Positions 58,161 through 64,000 of a DNA stretch of 64,000 nucleotides are shown piece after piece. Both the position numbers and the translations under genes were made by a program. This DNA is from the human T2T-CHM13v2.0 reference genome, Homo sapiens. The notes below the pieces were generated by a model. The model saw only the letters and a program-made list of their open reading frames with translations, was not told where the DNA came from and ran no database searches. The stretch spans positions 12,864,001 to 12,928,000 of the forward strand of contig CP068257.2 of the NCBI GenBank assembly GCA_009914755.4, written 5' to 3'. The first letter of the stretch is position 1. Every line of letters starts with the position of its first letter.

Positions 58161-59094
58161 TTTCTCATATTTCTTTTTGAGCCATGTTAGTGTTATCCAG
58201 TACAAAGAAACACACACATGCACACCACCTAGAGACCTATTGTCATGGTTCAAACATCTTAGGATATAGAGATCATGACCAAACAATATTGGAAACTCTT
58301 ACTAAAGTAAGTAGGCTTTATGATTAGTAAACTGGGCATTTTCTTTGATCCTCTGACAGAGGAGATGACTTTTGCTCCTCAATGATTGGGTTGAATGCTA
58401 TGCCAGGTGCCTTCGGTCATACAGAGTGGTATTGACAGAGGGTTTCATGGCTCCTAGAACCACAAGAAAGCCATCCACTAAAACATCTGTACCAGGGAGG
58501 TGTTGTCAGAAGACAGAAAGGAAAATAACAGTAAAGAACATAAAAGAGTAGCCATAAATAAGAGGAAGTTGCACGAGTAAGTCAGGTGAATGGTTTTTAA
58601 TCCGGCTTGGACGGCAAGCTTGAAAAAAAAAAAACACAAAAAATGACCCAGTCCAGAGCATCAGATTTTATTTACATAAATATCAAAAAAAGATTATGTT
58701 AAAATGATAAAAATTATTTAATTTAAAAGCATTTTGTAAAATCTGGAAGATATATGCTAAGTGAACTTGTGGTTTGTTAATACCCTTTGCTTGGGGATTT
58801 TTCTACTCCACAATTTATGAAAAGTCCCAAATATTCTCTAATGGGATTTTTAGCCCAGTCGGTTGGAAAGCACAAAACTATCTCTGGGGATTTATCCACT
58901 GCACCCATTAGAGGCTCTGTACACTCTTCCAGCTGATCATAAAGGCCTTGAGTACTGAGCATTACCAAGGGACACCCAGTCCATTCCTGGCGTCCTGGTG
59001 TCCTTTTTTCTTTTCTGTGTTCTTAGTGTGAGGTCCTAAGGTGATGTGTATGGCAAGAATGGGACTAAGAAGACCTTGACTGAAACCGCAGCTC

Positions 59095-59200
59095 AGCCCT
59101 GAAACTGACTGACCTTGGGCGAGTTCCTCAATCTCGGTGCCCTGTTGCCTCTCATTTGGAAAATTCAATTGCCTACTTTACAGGATTGTTGTACCTTCTG
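59095..59200 (+). mobile_element. MIR SINE core fragment
   Basis: 'ctgactgaccttgggcgagttcctcaatctcggtgccctgttgcctctcatttggaaaat' matches MIR 'ctgtgtgaccttgggcaagttacttaacctctctgagcctcagtttcctcatctgtaaaatgg'. Confidence 0.55.
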
Positions 59201-60332
59201 GATTTAATAACTTGTGAAAATAATATACATATGAGAGATTCTCAAAAAGACTTCTTGGATAGGTGAAAATGAAACTGAAAAATCAGAGAATAAAAAATGG
59301 TGTTCCTCTATTCAGAAGTTGTTCTAAAACTTTGGTGAGCATAAAATATCACCTAAGCAGCTTTTGAAATGATGTCCATTCTAGAAATTTTGATTGAGTA
59401 AGTCTGGATTAAGCAAGCATTACTAATCATGGAACCACACATTGGGAAATACCGCTTTAGAACATAGTATTCTATCAAAATTGTAAAACAAATATTGGTT
59501 TTATTTGAAAACATTACATGAAGTGATTCTTTCTTTAATGACATGTCTCTCACTTAAGTGTTCAGGTTTATAAGGCCTCTGATTCTCAATTAGAATGAGT
59601 TCCCTATATCCCCCTCATAAATAGAACTATATCAACCTTTCACATCTAAGCAGCACTGAGCTCTAATAAGTGTGCCACTGTATGACAGCCAAGTGTGGAA
59701 AGGCGACTGGAAAAACACCACATATTATTTCTTGCCTATTTATTTTAAAACTGAGTAATAAAAGGTGTTCAGCATTTTGCCATATAAGGTACTAAGTTCG
59801 GAAATATTTTCACGGGAATCAGGTCTTCCCCCCAGTGATGGCTTAATATAATCCACAAGTACTCTTCATTCCTTCATAAAGTTGATCCATGGATATTTAT
59901 TCATAGAAGAGGTCTTAGTGGTCATCTAGTACTATCCATTTATTTTACAGCTAAAGAAACCCCAGCTAATGTCAGCTGGCTTGTCCTCCAACCCAGAATC
60001 TTCACAAATGAAGAAGTTTCCCTCCCAAGGGAAGCCTAATTAAGAGCCAAGTCTACACTCAGAAAGATTTCTCCACTGAAACTAACTTTGCTATCCAGTG
60101 TTAAAAGGGAATCTAGTGTCTTAAATCATAGTATTAGTAGTAATTCCTTCATGTAAATAAATGCACAACATTTGGGTTAACCTCCTTCATAGTATCTTAC
60201 TGATTGATAATATAAGAAAGCAGGATGACAGATTCATTTCACACAAAAATGCACTCCTTCAAAATAACAAAATTAACCAGAATTCATTTTACTTCAGATC
60301 CTGAAAGTCCAGCATTAAAAAACATTAAAAAG

Positions 60333-60635
60333 GCTAGGCATAGTAGCTTCATGCCTATAATCTCAGCAGTTTGGGAGGCTGGAAAGAGGATCACTTGAAT
60401 CCAGGAGTTCAAGACCAGCCTAGGCAACATAGCAATACCTCATTTCTATTTTAAAAAAAAATAAAAATAGCTAGGCGTGTTGTTGCATGCCTATAGTCCT
60501 GTCTACTTGGGAGGCTGAGGTGGGAGGATGGCTTGAGCCCAGAAGATAGAGGCTGCAGTGAGCTGTGACCGCACTACTGCAGTGCAGCCTGGGCAACAGA
60601 GCAAGACCCTATCTCTAAACAAAAACAAAATGCAT
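60333..60635 (+). mobile_element. Alu SINE (AluJ-like, diverged)
   Basis: 'ggctaggcatagtagcttcatgcctataatctcagcagtttgggaggctggaaagaggatcacttgaatccaggagttcaagaccagcctaggcaacatagcaatacc...gcagtgcagcctgggcaacagagcaagaccctatctctaaacaaaaacaaaa'. Confidence 0.9.
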
Positions 60636-63599
60636 TTAAAAGTTACTTCTTCTGAAAAGATAATTCTCTTCCACATTACACAGTAAAATAAATGAATTCA
60701 TTTTGGCTGACTGCTGTTTTGGGTTATTTCCCCATTTTGCTGTTTTGGGTTATTTCCCCAATTTCCTTAGATGTGTACAAAAAAATTAGTGCTGATGATA
60801 TTTTTAATCTTAACCCTCATCTGCTTTTTTGATAGATTTTTTTCCCAGATTTTTTCTGTTAACCCAAGCCCACACAGCCAGCAAAACTCCCAAGAACTCT
60901 TGCAACCAATTTTTCCTTTTCAATTGTATAAAGCTTTGAAAGTTATTGATTCTGCAAATGTGAAAAATTAACTTATCAAAAAATAGCACACATAAAATGG
61001 GAACTGACCAAAGAAACACAAAGAATATTGTTTTAACTGGAAGTTCTATCATTAACTGCTACAACTACTGTATTCCTGATATGGCTTTTTGCAATATATT
61101 TATCACTATATGGGAACGATTTAATCTGCTCCATAGAGAGAGCAGTAGGAGCTCTCAGTGGCCTCAAAATATGATGGTTCTTACCAAAAACAACGAATCT
61201 AAATTTCTTGCAGATGGTAGGCCTAACTTTTTTTTTTCTAAAAGGAAATAACTCTCCTCTAAAAGTCAAATTTGTTTTTAAAACTGTGGTGTCTTTAACC
61301 ACTTTCCCCCCCCCAGTTTTTCACTTGACACCTTGTCATGAGTTACAGTGGCTTGCATCAATCATTCTGGGTTCACACAGAAAATATTTTGTGGTGGTTG
61401 ACTATCACATGCGAGAAACTAAGTGCCCTTTGCGGGTGACTGCGCAGGTACCTCTGATTTCTTGCCAAATCATTCAGAATGCCGCAAGTCCATTAAATCT
61501 CTCCACAGGGAGGAAAAAGTTCCCGCATTCTAGAGAGAGAATTTATGAGTTCATTTCAATCACCACAAATGAAAGCCACCCTTAATATTCATTAGAGATT
61601 TTACAGTGGCAATATGCATTATCTATTCATATGCCCCTCTAAAAGGCCAATTTCCCTTGAAACCTTGCATGGCTCCAAGCCACTCTTTGTAGAAACAATG
61701 GCCTATGTCCAAGTGGAATCAGGGGAGGCAAATGGATGACATTTCCTTATCCATTGGTAGTAATTCCACTAAGCCACTATGGTGGCTATGAGTTTCTGAG
61801 CTTTAAAAATTAAAGGACAGATTTGGAATGTGCAGTCGTGTCATTGTATCACTTCTCTGCTGTCATCTGTGACCATATGTCCTAAATTGAATAGAGCTTT
61901 TCGGTTGGCATCACAAGAGATGACTTTTGAAACTGACATTTCTTTCATTTGGAGAAATGTATATGTTGGAGACATAATCCTATGAGCCTGAGAGCTTTTC
62001 ATTAATCTCTGTCTTTCTACCACCATAGTTCACGCCACCATCATCTTTCATCTATTTTTCCCTTCAAATCTATTTTCTTCACTGTATGTAGAGTGATCTT
62101 TCCAAAATATCAACTCAAGCCTCATATCCTCAACAAATCAACAAGAAATATCAAAATAAGCCCTTGGCTTAAAACAGTTCTTGCTTAGCTTCCTCATTGC
62201 TTTTAGGGAAGACACAGCAAAACAGCATAACCTGTAAGACCATATGTGGTCTGACTCCTTCCTCAGGCTTACCTTATCCCACATCTCCGTGTTTTCTCTC
62301 CCAGCTATTATGAATTCTCATTGTCCTTATTATCAGTTAGTTAACTCTTCTCTTCCATCACATTTGAACTCTATCATCACTACCCATGAAAGCATTTTCT
62401 GACTCCTCGCCTATTATTGGCCTTCACAGAACCATGTAACAATCATAGCTCTTATCAAAGCTGGCATTTCATGTTTATTTATGTGATTAAATATATTTTT
62501 GTTTCTAATTAGACTATAAGGTTCACAATAATCTGTTTCTACCCAACAGTTTATCCTCCTTAACTGGCATGATGTAAATACTCAAAACAAATTGTTGAGT
62601 AAATGAATAAATCAGTTCTTGATTTTAACGTATCTTGTGCCCTGGATAAAAAATCCTTTCTATGAGTGAGACATGGGCTTCCACTGGGGTTGGGCTTGAG
62701 GTGAGCTGCAATAAAGCCATATTTCTAATCCAATTATTCATCACTATGGTTGTATTTAATAGCTGGGAACCATGAGATGCATAAAGATCTTACACTGAAT
62801 ATTCATAAGGGTTTTTAGAGTGAATTCAACCACTTGCTTTACAACTTCCCAGGAAGGAGAGGGAACATGAATTTCTTTCCTTCATTTTTCATTCTTTCTG
62901 AAAAAGGTGGTTATGACTGAGCGATATATTATGACTTTGAAATAAAATATCATGAAATGCATATGTGATGTGGCTACTATAAAATATATGAGAAGAGTTT
63001 TAAAAAGGTAACATCATTTTACATATGCAAGACACTGTCAATACAGTCACAATTCGGGAGGTCAGAAAAGGGCAACGGTGATGCCAGCATGTGCACTCCA
63101 GCCTCTTCTTCTTTTTGTCTGTTTTCCCCAGTCTCTCACAGGCATGGGGTCAGTAGAGTACCCCCAAGAAGCTAAAAGTAAACTCTCACCCGTTGCTCAC
63201 TGTATACATTTCAGTGAGTTAGCTCCAGCTTTCTTAGTTCCAGGGAGATAATTGGGCAAACTATATGAAATAATCTTAAAAACTACTGGAAACCAGTAAT
63301 GTAAATTCAGTGCAACATTTTCTCGTGTAATACAGAATTGTTGATGGTGACATCCTAATGCAAGAACCTGTCTTTGTCACCATTGTGGCCACACAGCTCA
63401 GGGAAATACCTGATATATCATCGACATTATGCTGTTGTTACTGAATGACAAATAATTAGAAACATATAATAATAAATTATAATTAAATGATAAAAATTTC
63501 CCTTGAAAATAATAGCTTTTCTTCATTAAGTTCCAATTAGGTGTCAGGTACAGTTAAAGATGTTACATACATTATCTAGTCCAATTCTTACTAGAATTC

Positions 63600-63740
63600 C
63601 ACAAAGAAATCTTTGTGTTTTCCATTTGGTAGATAAGAAACTGAAACTCTGAGAAACGAAGTGACTTAACAGTTACACAGACAGTAAATGGTGAGGCCAC
63701 AGTTGAAGTCCAGGCTTATTTGACTCATGGAGTTTCCACC
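63600..63740 (-). mobile_element. MIR SINE fragment (minus orientation)
   Basis: 'ccatttggtagataagaaactgaaactctgagaaacgaagtgacttaacagttacacagacagtaaatggtgaggccacagttgaagtccaggc' matches the reverse-complemented MIR 'ccattttacagatgaggaaactgaggctcagagaggttaagtaacttgcccaaggtcacacagctagtaagtggcagagccaggattcgaacccaggc'. Confidence 0.7.
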
Positions 63741-63829
63741 ATATGCTGCTTCTCTTTACTGCCATGGTTATTTATAGATCTACTGCAAAATTTAAAGACA
63801 ACTTAGTGATGGGAAAAGTCAGGACTAAG

Positions 63830-63990
63830 AGTTAGGAGGATTATGTTCAGCATCAGCTCTGCCATCATGTGCTGTTTGGGATCTCAGGTAATTCACTTAA
63901 TCTTCATGCACCTCAATTTCTCTATCTGTAAAATGGCAGTAATGCTTTGCCTAATTCCTAGAGCTAGTAGAAGAGCAAATGTGAGAAAAG
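63830..63990 (+). mobile_element. MIR SINE fragment (plus orientation), inverted relative to the copy ~100 bp upstream
   Basis: 'cagctctgccatcatgtgctgtttgggatctcaggtaattcacttaatcttcatgcacctcaatttctctatctgtaaaatggcagtaatgctttgcctaattcctagagctagtagaag' matches MIR 'ctggctctgccacttactagctgtgtgaccttgggcaagttacttaacctctctgagcctcagtttcctcatctgtaaaatggggataataatacctacctcatagggttg'. Confidence 0.7.
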
Positions 63991-64000
63991 TTATATTGCA

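Overview
This window reads as primate (almost certainly human) nuclear DNA from an AT-rich, gene-poor intergenic or intronic region, not microbial sequence. I found at least 16 Alu SINEs (several with intact target-site duplications, TSDs). There are LINE-1 pieces of several ages, including a 2-kb 5'-truncated L1PA-like copy with a decayed ORF2. There are also three MaLR (MST/MLT1-like) solo LTRs, several MIR fragments, an L2 3' end, a MADE1/Hsmar1 fragment, and one copy of an ancient Deu-domain SINE (AmnSINE1-like). I see no CpG island, no convincing cellular exon and no RNA gene. Every six-frame ORF of 60 aa or more either lies inside a repeat (Alu peptides, L1 ORF2 remnants) or is short and of low complexity, so I call no cellular CDS. 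I found no novel multi-gene system and say so plainly. The items worth a second look are structural. One is a roughly 470-bp inverted duplication at about 95% identity with a 1-kb spacer, built from a MaLR LTR end plus unique flank. Others are the fish-conserved Deu-domain SINE copy, a 42-bp direct repeat 790 bp apart, and a (TTAGGG)3 block inside an Alu. Some Alu and L1 insertions also look young. All coordinates are approximate (about +/-10 bp), counted by eye from the line numbering.
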